A DNA stretch of 64,000 bases from Fimbriosthenelais zetlandica (lineage: Eukaryota). Below are positions 42,383-54,233 of the stretch, one piece after another. Numbering within the stretch: the stretch's first letter is position 1; every line of letters starts with the position of its first letter. The notes beneath the pieces were generated by a model that did no database searches, was not told the DNA's origin, and worked only from the letters and a program-made list of their open reading frames with translations. A program made the translations under genes and the position numbers. The stretch lies in NCBI GenBank assembly GCA_977030845.1, contig OZ365115.1:29946001-30010000 (forward strand), in the 5' to 3' direction.

Positions 42383-42590
42383 GTGAGTTCAATCCTGATC
42401 TATTCAGTTATCCTAATCTTTTGTTAGAGGATATGTGTAACATTTTAATGTCATTTCTCTATTAAACATTATAAACAAGACATTATTTCTGATATTGTAA
42501 GTTACCTCCATGCAATTTGTACTGTAAACAGTTTGACTACATATTAAGTGTCATTTATGTACGGAGCAAATGACAATAAATATTTTCCAG

Positions 42591-42737
42591 CTATTCCAAT
42601 CGCGGGAGAGGGAGGCCAAGTTGCGCCAGCAATCAGGGGAAGATAACAAAGTAAACAAATCAGGGTCCAACGATGGAGCTACGGGAGCTGAAGGGGAGTC
42701 CAAGGACCAACAACAACAGGCACAACAACATCCAAAG
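42591..42737 (+). CDS. PPFIA: Liprin-alpha variable linker exon, LFQSREREAKLRQQSGEDNKVNKSGSNDGATGAEGESKDQQQQAQQHPK (49 aa)
   Basis: Boundaries ttttccag| and |gtgggt, 147 nt, phase 0-0, inside ORF 42570..42797. Occupies the divergent linker between NQE and RLSNGSID and keeps the frame. Confidence 0.87.
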
Positions 42738-45700
42738 GTGGGTACAAGTCTTGGCGGACTGCAGCACAAGTTCTTAGTGCACGGTTTCCACTGCTAAATT
42801 ATTCAATACTTAATGCACTCTCTTTCTGTAACTTAAGCATTCGAATGTATTTACCGTTTGTCCATAAAACAGCCATTACGTTATCGGCTTAACATTTAAG
42901 ATTATATAACCATTAATATACAGTGGCATTCTGTAGCCAGAAATCCATTTTCATGGCTGATCTCAATTGTATTAGAAGCCTCTCCTTAGTCTGAAAAAAT
43001 CTTGCCAAGGAAGAGGCAATCATGCACGTGACCACTCATCATCGTTTTACTATTCAGTACATGTATATATATCATAGAAAACATGACACTTAAATAAAAA
43101 AAAAAATAAGTCCCCAGAGCTGGCTTAGAAGAGCAGCATAGGGACTTTTTTTAGAAGTGTTTTCTTTCTATATGGCTTGCATGCCAACAAAAGCCTGTAG
43201 CGGCAAAGCATTCCTATATCGCTCTCTCTGAATGAGCTCTAATGTGGATGGTGCGTCAGAGAGGTTGAGTGACTATAGATCTGCTGTGACATATTTGCTT
43301 CACTTAATGGCGGATGGAATCCTCCTGACGGCTACAAAACAAGGCGAGTAGAGCCGCTGATGTATGCTAATGGCGGCATAAACCCACTACTCTCACTCTA
43401 TATGATACCCTCTTTGTTTCCTTAATAACTCCCCCGTCCGTGCGGTGTAGGATTATCCTTTACTATCCAGGCCAAGAGTTATCTTTATCTATTGCTCCAT
43501 CGGGCGATAATGATACTGATTAGCCATGAATATGCTTGCTTCTTTCTCTTTCTTCTGGCCAATAAGGCAGATACTCGATGCTTTTCTTTTCGCAGAGCAA
43601 GAACATTGGCGTGACTGGTATTGCTCTTCAAGACTTGTAGCTTTCCAGTCATTATTTTCCTTGGCTTTTCTTATCAATTTATCTCACTTTGTTAGAAGCT
43701 TCATTTTTGTGAATTAGAAGCTATGAGATGGCAGGTCGCATAATTGAATGGTTTATGACCATTGGGGTGGTTCGAACTTCCCATATAAAATATTGAATTA
43801 GAAGGCAGTCTAACACAAGAGCATATAATATATAACTGTGGATCATGTACATGATCATGACGAATTGTCTCACTAACTAACGATTGAAAACGATATTGAA
43901 AAATGCATTGTTGAAGATCAAGTATTATAGGATTTCGAAGTAATTATGTTCTGAGAAACCAAGTCAATCTTGTCATGAGATTCTCCACTGATGCTGTTAA
44001 TATAACCCCAAAATCCAAATTCTAGTTCATGCCAGTAAATGTCCCTCGCCCCTATTGATGGACTGCTGATTTCTATCTTTAACCTGCTCTTGTCACTTGT
44101 TAACATGTTATCATCTGCCTGGTGGATCTAAGCCATGTCTCTAACAGGTGGGCGTGCGGGAGTGATTATGATTTCACTTTGGTAAAACAGCTCTTATTTT
44201 GTAAAACAGCCCTCATTATGACGCCGGTTTGAAAAGTCAAGTGGTGCCCTCTTGGCCTTCTCAACTTGGTAACAATTATCTCAATCGCCTACATGGCCTC
44301 TCCTCGTCTCTCCCGTGATTAGGAGCGGGAGTTTGGATTACCACAAAAATAACCCCCAACTTTTAAGTTGACAAACACACGGCCAGTGTGTCTGATTCTC
44401 TTGAGAAGCCAATCTCTCCCTCTGGGATCAAGCAGGAGAGATAGAGATCCAGGGTTGTGAACATGCTATTTGCTACTCTTTCTTTCCATATTTAATCTTT
44501 TCCTGGAACTGAAAGTTTGATTCATTCAACAAAGCTTTATTCTGGGGCATCAAAAAGGACTTCCTATTTAGTTTGGGGACCATGCTTCATTGAAATATTC
44601 ATTTCCTCTTGTATTCTCTATTTCCCTTATTTCATGTAAAGTTTATTGAGCCGTCCTTCAGATATCCCATTGCAATTGTCCTTGCATTTTTCAAAGCCAC
44701 AAATTTCAGTTATTGCCAGGGCATCCAATATATGAAGAGAGTGTTATGAAACTCGGCCTAATGATTCGGATATTGAATGTCATTAAAATATGACCTTCCT
44801 GTACAGCGATACTGTATGAGCGATATCGATAAAACGATGGCCCTGAAAGTGTTTGTTGAGCACATATTAGTGTATGTACCAAAAGCAATACCATTGATCC
44901 CTAGCTGGTGGGGGACTATGGAGGAAGTGTGGCTGTGCCATGTTCCCTCGAGCCAACTTGTCAGTGTGCATATGTTTCCAAAACTCTCCCACGGGTGCCC
45001 AGCACATGCCATGCTCAAAGTGCAGGGACACTCTACCCTATGTGAACTGAGACAAATTGCCAACAGTTACTCTGCATTTGCTAATATAAGAGACTGTATG
45101 GTTTATCAGTCACTCAGCTGAATATCAGCATTACAGGTGCGATCTCTCATACAGCAGTTACTTGTACCAAATTTTTGTTTTGCTTGAGACCTTGTTCTAA
45201 TGCTGCCAGCATGTGGATCCAATTTTGACTTCTCAAAAGAAAATTTTTCCTTTGGCCTTAAAGGTCAATGCCAAAATCTCCTTACATGGTTATAAGACCC
45301 TGATGATGGCCCTCAAAGGAAATTGATGTAAATCGATTGTGAAGTTGCATAGAAGCCTAATTTATACCCTCCAGGGAAAAGCGCTGTATTGGCAGGGTTA
45401 TTGGCCTGTATGTGTATATATAATATGTAGCTGTATTCATAGGTATAAGTCCCCAGTACCAGCAGGATTAGCTGGACGCATATATATATGTATAGGGTGG
45501 ATCTCAGGGGAGGATAGTCCTGGCCTGACATCTATCTGCCAAGAGGTGCAACCAGACTAAGTGGCGCATTGTAAAGCACCAAATTCTATCCCAGGCTGAG
45601 GCTTCTGTGCTCAAATATTAGTTGTCACTCTGATCCAATATACCTCAGATCATTCAGGCATTTCCATTATCCTCACCACTGATTTAGTCTTAAAGTTTGG

Positions 45701-47356
45701 AGTCACATCAAAAGTTAATCAATGTTATGTATACTGCCATCGGTCTTTCTCCCTATCATCTAAAATTAAAATCAGCTCAGAAACACGGCACCTTTGAGAA
45801 ATGAATATGATTTGTTTTGTGAAGAAAAACGCCTGTTGATTTGACATGACTTCGGCTCCACTATTACATTGTGGTCAAAGTTGATTTTATTGAGAGATTG
45901 AATTTAACAAGTTAATCCTGATGGGATGGTGGTCAAATAATATTGCTGTCATAAAAAGAGCATGTCCTCCAAGTCAAAAAGTCACATCCTTTCCCAAATG
46001 GAAAAAAATGTCTATTAAATTTTCTCACACAAATATCTTAAGCTGTCATTATGGTGGAGTTTTCAAAGCTGAGGCCTTACTTCTTGCCTTGTAACGAATT
46101 TAATCAGACGATCGTGGGCCTTTTCCCTTCTCCGCAGGATCCAAAAAACCTGAGCAATCCAATTATCTGGAAATAGCAGAATCAACAAGCATGGAAAAAC
46201 ACTCTGAAGGTGTCTCACTGAATTAGAAAACATCCAATGATTTGGTGGCCTTTTGTCGTCCAGCTGTCTGTGGCTTAAATGCCATCATGAAGGCAGTTCG
46301 TTTGCGGTTTGTTAAACCAGCATGCTTGGTTTAATTTCCACACTTGTGAGATTCACGAGGTGTTCTGCATGGTGTCCTGCTGTATTGTAAAGTGATGAGA
46401 AGGAAATCTGACAGCGAAAAAAAAACAAGGAATTAAAGAATGTCTCAGTATCTCACTGTATTGCACATTAAATGCCTACAATGGCGTTTGTTTTTCTTGC
46501 CTAACTGATTTGATGGAAATTTTCCAAAGAGTTATCCCATTTATTAAAATACCTTATCCACTTAGGTTAATAAAGGCCTATTTGATACAGAGATTATAAT
46601 TTAACTTCATTAGATTTCACATTTGTAAAGTGGCCTTTCCCTTGACAGTTCTCCTAGCCATTGTCTCAGCCAGTGCTCCCAGTCTTGGCTCAGTCCCAGC
46701 AGAGTTTTCTGCCCCCTGCTTGTCAATCATCACTAGTTAGATCGATATACCATTGTAGATAGTCAATACCCTCCTCACCCAAGAGCCCTATATACCCCAC
46801 CTCCTTCCAACTCCCATCTCTTTAACTCTAGTCAGGGTATTTATATATATATGCGGAATTGGAAGTTGTAATTTAGGAGCTTTGGGCCAGAGGCTAATGC
46901 CTTGGTGCAAATTGTCCCCTGTGCCTATGATATGCTTGAGTCGTTGGGATGTTGAGTCTGAAGTGAGGCCATCATAAATAAAGGAAGTGAGAATATGCTC
47001 GTCTTTTTAACACCCAGGCCCTGGATGTTTACATAATGGCCGTCCAGGTGTGGCCAAAGAAGTACGCCTGAGTCTCTGCAGACTATTAATTTCCAGTTTT
47101 TCTTCATCACTTCACGAGTTATTATCCCTGTATCTGGCATATGATCATCTTCATTGGTTAAAAATATTAATAGGACATCATTTTGTTTTGCAAATTACAT
47201 TTTGGTTATGAAATGTTAGGAGCTTATTTCCCTCTCCCATTTGGAGCAATATTCGCTGAAACTGCTCTTGCGATGCATTAGATGTACATCATAAGTAATT
47301 GAGAAGGAGAAATTATGCGTATTGTCTGATGTTATTGTGTTTTCTCTCTCTTTCAG

Positions 47357-47578
47357 CGCCTCTCAAACGGCAGCATCGACCCTGACTCAGATGTCAACCG
47401 AGTCATTGAGCTTCAAGAAACAATAGAGAAACAGAACACAGAAGCCACGGCAGCAAGAAACAAAGTACAAGAACTGTCAAACAAAATAAATGAACTGGAA
47501 GAAAGTTTATCCGTTTCACAAAAGGAACTTATCAAAATGCAGGAGCAAAATGTCAAATTGCAGAGAGATCTTAGGGAG
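47357..47578 (+). CDS. PPFIA: Liprin-alpha coding exon, RLSNGSIDPDSDVNRVIELQETIEKQ...QKELIKMQEQNVKLQRDLRE (74 aa)
   Basis: RLSNGSID, ELQE..EKQ and KLQRD.RE are family motifs. Boundaries tttcag| and |gtaagt, 222 nt. Confidence 0.95.
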
Positions 47579-49731
47579 GTAAGTTGATTAAAAAGCAATT
47601 ATTCAAGTTGTCTAATTAAAAGATTTCCTAAACAGACAAATCTGATCTTTTGGGATGGTGGAATGATTCAATCTTTTCTGTTAACCATGTACGACTAGCT
47701 GACAGTATCCCAAAAGTAATAACATGAACATGTCCTATATTTGGAGGCTTCCTTATTTATGGAACAAGCTAATATTGATCAGTTCTTTTCACTCACCTCA
47801 AACATCCAAGCTTGGTTACTCTAAATTTAGTACAAAGTCCATATTTAAAAATTCAATGATAGCTTATCAGCCATTCGGTGCCACAAGTCCCTCGAACTGA
47901 TATGACTGATTTGGCTCCACTCTGACCTTTTGTTTCCCCGCGGAAGCCGAGTTAAAAACGGTCACTTCCCAACAAAGATCACAATTCATTTTCCATTTTA
48001 TCTTCCTTATGAGTATTTTTTTTTCTATCTCAAAGCCATTTCAAAATAGCACATGAATGCGCATAAAGATTTTTGTGATATGCATGGTTTAATGAGTCGT
48101 ATATATTAGCTATGAATTCGTTGGGTACTGTATATGGCATTGGAAAGGACATGTATTGGCTCTGCCTATACTAGGCAGATCGTGGTCTTTATAATAGGAG
48201 ATTGGATGTGCGTTGGATGGTCAGTTATCTGTTGGAAAAAGGCAAAGGTCCCCTTTATGTGCTGCTAATTGATGTTGATTCATTAACTCTGTTCCGAGCT
48301 AGGTAATGAGCTCAAGAACTAATTAGAAGTTATGTCAGGAATCGGAGAGACAGGTGTCTCCACTAGGCAGGTGATTTTTTTCTTATTAATTATCTGAATC
48401 ATATCCTTTTTCTAAGGATGACTGGATTTGTTAATCTCAGCGGACGGAGGTGGCTTAAAGGTGACTGGCCTTCCATGATTTCCAGCACTTCCAATTGAAA
48501 TTATTCTGGAAATATTTCTTCATACATTCATTCCAACATTAACCTAAATTAAAATTAATACTGGACATTGGTTTCTAAAATTCTCTATCAAAATACTACT
48601 AATAATCAATTCCTTCATCCCTGTTGGTCTTACAACATATTCTAGTCTAGTCTCAGAGAAATAATCCTATGTGAGTGGAAAAAATCCTTTGAAATGCTTG
48701 AGTCTGATTCCCCTGCTGCCACCCTCAATCCTCCTTACCTCTGAACAACATAAATAGCATAGTCACCACTAGCTGGCCTGTCCAACCCTCCAACACAAGC
48801 CAGTAGATTATAGCTCACCTAGTCATCAGTCCAACTGTGGTCAAGCTATTTGCCACCCACCGTTAGCTTTTCCTCGGTGCCACTGGTCATAATACTTTAC
48901 AGCAATATCGATGTTATCGACCTACATGTTGGTCCTGCTCTCCCCTCAGGCCTGGACCTGTATGGTGGACCTTAGGACTCACCCCGTCCTCCCTCCTTGC
49001 CCTCCTAACGGCTCTCCCTCAATCAATTTGTCCATGGTGTCGAGGAGAGGGAGCTGAAAGGAAGCTGATGGTAATGATATTAATGTTTCTGCCAGACATG
49101 TATATTTCTGACCTGAATCCTATTAACACTGCTGAGAGGGCCTCAAGCTAGACTTCCTTGCCACATCATTGACACCAACTGTCCTGATTACTTATATGGT
49201 ATTTCATAGCACATAATCCTTCCTATCCTTACGACATTTATTCCATGTTCTTATCTTTCTTGATATAATGTCGTTTCCAAACTAACTGGAAGGGAAAAAT
49301 AACTTTCCAAGTTATGATTAGTGAGATTGAGCCATCTCATCTTGTCTTCATATTGTCCTTATCTGTCTGTCTACTTTTGACCTATGGCTCGGATTTACAG
49401 TCAAGCTATATATGCTGTCGTTGATTTGCTGCAAGTCACAGATTGGCAGACATAATCAGTGCTATTGGTGCACTCTGACCCTGCAACAACAAAAAAGACA
49501 GCTTACATTTCACTCTGTGGCTATTGTTGAGAAATGAGCAGCCATTCAGTCTCCAGCAGATTGTTTGATACCTATTAGCAGATTGATATATCCCCCTATA
49601 GAGTATATTGAGGGTGGAAAATATAGAGTGGTGAAAAGATTTTGAAAAAGCTTCAAAACACACTGAATGGGAAATTGAAATATAAATTTGCGATGGATCT
49701 AAAATTAATTTGTGTTTCTGATTGATTACAG

Positions 49732-49878
49732 TCTATAGCTCAGAAGGAGGACCAAGAAGAACGTATAGCAACATTGGAGAAACGCTACCTCAACGCCCAA
49801 CGTGAATCTACATCACTTCATGACCTGAACGACAAACTCGAGTCAGAACTGGCCATGAAGGAAGCTCAACTAAAGACG
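49732..49878 (+). CDS. PPFIA: Liprin-alpha coding exon, [49 protein letters not shown] (49 aa)
   Basis: [33 protein letters not shown] is strongly conserved. Acceptor ttacag|, donor ACG|gtagtg (weak), 147 nt. Confidence 0.95.
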
Positions 49879-49888
49879 GTAGTGGCCA

Positions 49889-49907
49889 TCTCTCTCTCCC
49901 TGTCTCC

Positions 49908-49943
<36 letters not shown>

Positions 49944-49990
49944 GTATCTCCCTCTCTCTCCCTGTCCCTCCCACTCCTTCCCTCTCTCCC
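49889..49990. repeat. Imperfect (CT)n microsatellite / polypyrimidine tract just after the exon donor at 49879
   Basis: tctctctctccctgtctccctctctctctctctctctctctttctctctctctc... read directly. Confidence 0.92.
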
Positions 49991-50219
49991 ATTCTATCTC
50001 CTGTTCCTTAACTTTTTCTCTGTTCCTTAATCCCTTACTTTGCCATTTTTCATTAATAAAGTACTCCATACAAGTATATCTTTCTTCAACTATTTCTCTG
50101 GAGTACCTATCCCGAAGATATTGCATTCTAACAAAGTTTTATTCGAGATAATTGTGAGAAGCAAGCTGGTACAAATGCCGAGCAGTAAGTTCTAAACCTT
50201 GGTTTCTACTTCCTTTCAG

Positions 50220-50354
50220 TCTGAAGAGAAAACGCGGGCCATCCAAGAAAAGCTGGAGCTCTCCGACCAGAAGTTGTCACAATACCTGCAGAAAGTCGAG
50301 GCTCTGCCCACTGTGGAGGCAGAGCTCGCGCAGCGCATGGAGGCGCTGTCGCAG
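50220..50354 (+). CDS. PPFIA: Liprin-alpha coding exon, [45 protein letters not shown] (45 aa)
   Basis: Matches EEK.R..QE.LEL..QKL.Q...[14 protein letters not shown]. Boundaries ctttcag| and |gtaacg, 135 nt. Confidence 0.95.
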
Positions 50355-52716
50355 GTAACGACGGTAAACAAACAACACACACCTTTCAGCATCCAACGTT
50401 AGGTAGATAGGTTTTAGCAGGGGCACACCAACCCACCTGAGGAGACCTACCTGAGCCTGGGGTTCCATTGCTACCCCGGCTCACTGGCAGAACGCATGTA
50501 CAAACCAAGTGCCCCAAGTTTCATTCACCATTTTCTCTCCTCTTTCCTTTTTTCTTCCATCCTACCATTTTTGTGTAACATTGCATTGGATATCTATTGA
50601 AGGCGTAGCTTCCACTGCTTTCCATATTGTATTGGTGACTTATGTGGTGCTATGTATATGAATATATAAACGCACATACCCACTCTAAGGTTGGTTTTGG
50701 GGTTTAAACTAAGACTCCTAGATCATAACCAAAATACCCATTGTAGAGGTTAATGATATTAGACGATTATTCAAGCCACGATTTCTTTTAATGAAAGATC
50801 TTTTGGTAAAGAATAGTCTATAGATTAGATAATATCAGCTTGAAACTAACCTAAAGTAGAGATAAACCTTTGACTCTCAATACAATTTCAGGGCATTGGA
50901 ATCTGCGCCAAATTGAAGTTTTTGGGAAGGCAATTTTACAGTGCACACAATAAGTGTTTTCAATAATTAATAACAATATCGCTGTACCTCTATCTACCAC
51001 CTTTTTCCTCCTTGCATCCAATTAGACTGATAATTACCAAAATCCTATCTCTCCTGGTCATTTTGGACATGGTTTTAAGGGGTAATCTCTCACTTTCTTG
51101 TTCTTAGTGCAAAGTCTCCGGGAGTTGGTCACCCCTGTAGCTGTGTGGGTGTTGTTCTAGAGAAGTTTTAACTAATCAGAAAGTTTTGCTACTAACACAC
51201 ACCAAAAATCTAAAATTTCACCCTTCCATAACCTTTGGAAACTAGGGTATCGTAATTTGCAAAAATCACCACAAAGCATATCAAATCTAAAATCACAAAT
51301 CGTTTAAGTTGAAATAACTTGAACTAACAAACCAGCCTTGGAATTAATCAGCTGTATTCCAAAATGCATAGGATTAATTAAAATGGCTGCATTATCGTAA
51401 AAAAATGCAAGATCTCTTCGAATGAGTGCCTAATTTAACAATATTATGGGGAAGATTTCATGAAAGTATTGTGAATTTCACTTCAATTCAGCTCTTGGTT
51501 AAAAGAAATTTAGTCCCCTTTCAACAAACAAGATGGCCCAATTTCTGTATGATTTTTTTCGGGGACGGGGAAAAGCCAGCCTACACTGAAGTTTTGTAAA
51601 CGAATTTTTGTGTGCCACTAACTGCTCGCAGCGAATAAATAATTGTGACTAACCAGAGTAATTAGACATGCACTCGTTTAGATGAGAAGAACCGTTATTA
51701 ACTAATTATTGCTCTGTTTTATGGCATCGTTGAGCGAGGCCCTTGTTGGTGGAATGACAGTGATGGAGCTATCCTCTCTTCTCTGTTGGTTTGAGTACAC
51801 TAAAACGGGTTTTCTACAAATCCGTCAAAACATCTCAAAACCAGAGGCGAATATTCAGAATTGTGTTTCATTTTTGAAGATTAGTTTGTTTCCAATGGCA
51901 TACCGAAATCAATCTGATGGGTTTCTTGATATTCCCAGCCGAATATAATCAGTGCTGACGTAATGGATAATTCACCACAATGTGCCCAAGGCTTAATGCC
52001 GAACAATGCAGACGATTGCTTACTAGTCGAATGGCTAGAGAAAAAATGGGGTTTCTATTTTTGTCCGGGCCTCGTCAGGAATTGTGGGATTGTTTAGGGA
52101 TTCTTTTAATTTGGTTGGTCAAATGGGGAGGAGGAAGACCTTGAAGTCTAGCATGCTACATCTGTTTCATTTTTTTCTGGTCTAAGGTTTCTTCTAATTT
52201 GCTGGCTGTCTGGTGGGCGATATTCTTATTTCTGCGATAGAAACTGCAGCTGACGCCAATGATCACTGCTCTGAAAGTTTCTATCCAGTTTATACATTAA
52301 ATTGTATAAGAAAGCTTAATTAATTTAAGAGAAAATTGGGTTGATTTTCGTTCTATATAGCTTCATCACTTTCATTCCAGTTTGTTTAAGACTTTTTCCC
52401 TTTCGTTCACTCAGTTTATCTTGCATTGTTAAGTAAGGTTATTGATCACTTGTTTCTCGCTTATCCTGGGGCTATATTTTACATGATAAAGTCAGGAATT
52501 TTAAGTAATGACTTCGCTAATACTCAGCTCTGGTATTTGACGAGTGCTTAACAGAATAGATCGGTGTTATATATCTTGTTACATTCTAGCTATGAACAAC
52601 ACGTGTTTACCAATCAGACTTGAGGAAGAGGTAAAATATGGCCCCTGGATTAGCTAGTGTGTAATCAGAAGCAAATCTTTTTTTTCTTTTTTTCTTGTCT
52701 CCCTTGGTGTATCTAG

Positions 52717-52800
52717 GCTGAAGAAAGACATGTGTCTGCGGAGGAGAGACTAGGTCAACTTGAAGCACAATTAGACGAAAAGAATGCAGAATTGACAAGG
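52717..52800 (+). CDS. PPFIA: Liprin-alpha coding exon, AEERHVSAEERLGQLEAQLDEKNAELTR (28 aa)
   Basis: Matches the vertebrate [28 protein letters not shown] segment. Long pyrimidine tract then atctag|, donor |gtaatt, 84 nt. Confidence 0.95.
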
Positions 52801-53658
52801 GTAATTATTCCTCTTCTTATTCATTTTGTATCGCTTGGAATCATTAAACTAAAATAAACCAAAAAATACAAAAATGACTATTGGTTTACTCCATCTGATA
52901 TTGGACTCAAATGAGGTATTTTTGTAGCTTAATTCAAAATCCAATTTCTGTGATATATCATATGGGGGAAGTAGTGGTAATTTCATTCCACGGACATACA
53001 TTATGATGCCCCTGGGGAGCTGAAGGAACATAGGTCCATCCCAGTGACCTTCTGAATCTCCTGAGGGCAGGGAGGGCAGTGTGTCTTCACTCTGTCCAAT
53101 GTTACATAGCCGGAGAAGGCCAGCGCCGAAGAAATGTGAGACAGTGTCATTCGTGGAAATATATTATCTAAGACTATCAAGTGTAACTCTGGTTCGTGGA
53201 AGTGAAATGTCAAGCCGCCCAGTAGAAAGTCACGTCCGTGCAGGGTAATCTGTCAGATCGAGTCCTCATTTATAAACTCACAGGCAATGAGAAGATAGTA
53301 TTTCATTAGAACAAAGGCTTTTATATTGACCTTATTATTACTATTACTCGGAGGCCATGATGATGTTAACTATTTGCTGTCAATGGCTTCCAAGGTAAAG
53401 AGTATAGTCTTGGTGCTGTTGAAATTATAGGCCATATAGTGGAAATCAATGATGTTCATATATTCATTACTATATGTTTAAGGCAACTTTCAGCCATGAT
53501 AAAACTGTCACCTATACCCGTGTCTCTCTTAAATCTCCCAGCCGACCTCACACCTTCTCATTACTCATTTAAATCTCATGCCCCGAGTTGTCCTCATTAC
53601 TCATTTTCTATTTGTTGGCTCAGCCTCTTACATTTATTGTCCTCTGCTCTGTACACAG

Positions 53659-53853
53659 GCTCGCCAACGAGAGAAGATGAACGAGGATCACAATGCTCGG
53701 CTCTCTGCCACCGTTGACAAGTTACTCTCTGAATCCAACGAGCGACTGCAGCTCCACCTGAAGGAGCGCATGCAAGCCCTGGAGGAGAAGAATCAACTAA
53801 CTCAGGAGCTGGAGCGCATACGGAAACAGATGGAGGACTACTCCTCAGATAAA
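53659..53853 (+). CDS. PPFIA: Liprin-alpha coding exon, [65 protein letters not shown] (65 aa)
   Basis: Contains the highly conserved block [35 protein letters not shown]. Inside ORF 53578..53946. Boundaries tacacag| and |gtaagc, 195 nt. Confidence 0.97.
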
Positions 53854-54132
53854 GTAAGCTCCTCTCAGGCGCCTTTCTTATTTATAATCTTCACTGACCT
53901 CTCAATCGTATCAGCTGGTAATGATATGCTTTTGTTAATGAATTAAATGATAAATAACTTATAAAATATGTTACATTTTCAGAGAATTTTTAATTTACTT
54001 TGACTCTAAAGTGTATTCTATTGCAATGTAAAGTTCGAGGATGCATTCTTGTTCATGTTAATGGATTGCACTTTATTTTATTATGAGATTATGTTATCGA
54101 TATCTCAAACTGAGTGATTCTAATCATTTCAG

Positions 54133-54233
54133 GATAAAGTTTCACATCAACTGGATCGGTCTAACAGAGAAATTAAAGAGCTGAGGACTCAGGTTGAATC
54201 CCTACAGATGCAGCAGATTCATGCAATCACAAG
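54133..54233 (+). CDS. PPFIA: Liprin-alpha coding exon, DKVSHQLDRSNREIKELRTQVESLQMQQIHAIT(R), phase 0-2
   Basis: Boundaries catttcag| and AG|gtaagt. Coiled-coil-like open frame of 101 nt that joins the phase-2 exon at 60646 (AG+A = Arg). Confidence 0.87.

Noticed and set aside
49774-50151. 125-aa ORF with a Ser/Leu-rich tail, and the antisense RE-rich ORF 49866..50126
   Set aside because: The tails are translations of the (CT)n/(AG)n microsatellite.
50690-51700. AT-rich segment with the look of a non-autonomous DNA transposon; also scattered TTAAAGG/CCTTTAA motifs
   Set aside because: I could not identify paired terminal inverted repeats or target-site duplications by eye. A repeat-library search is needed.
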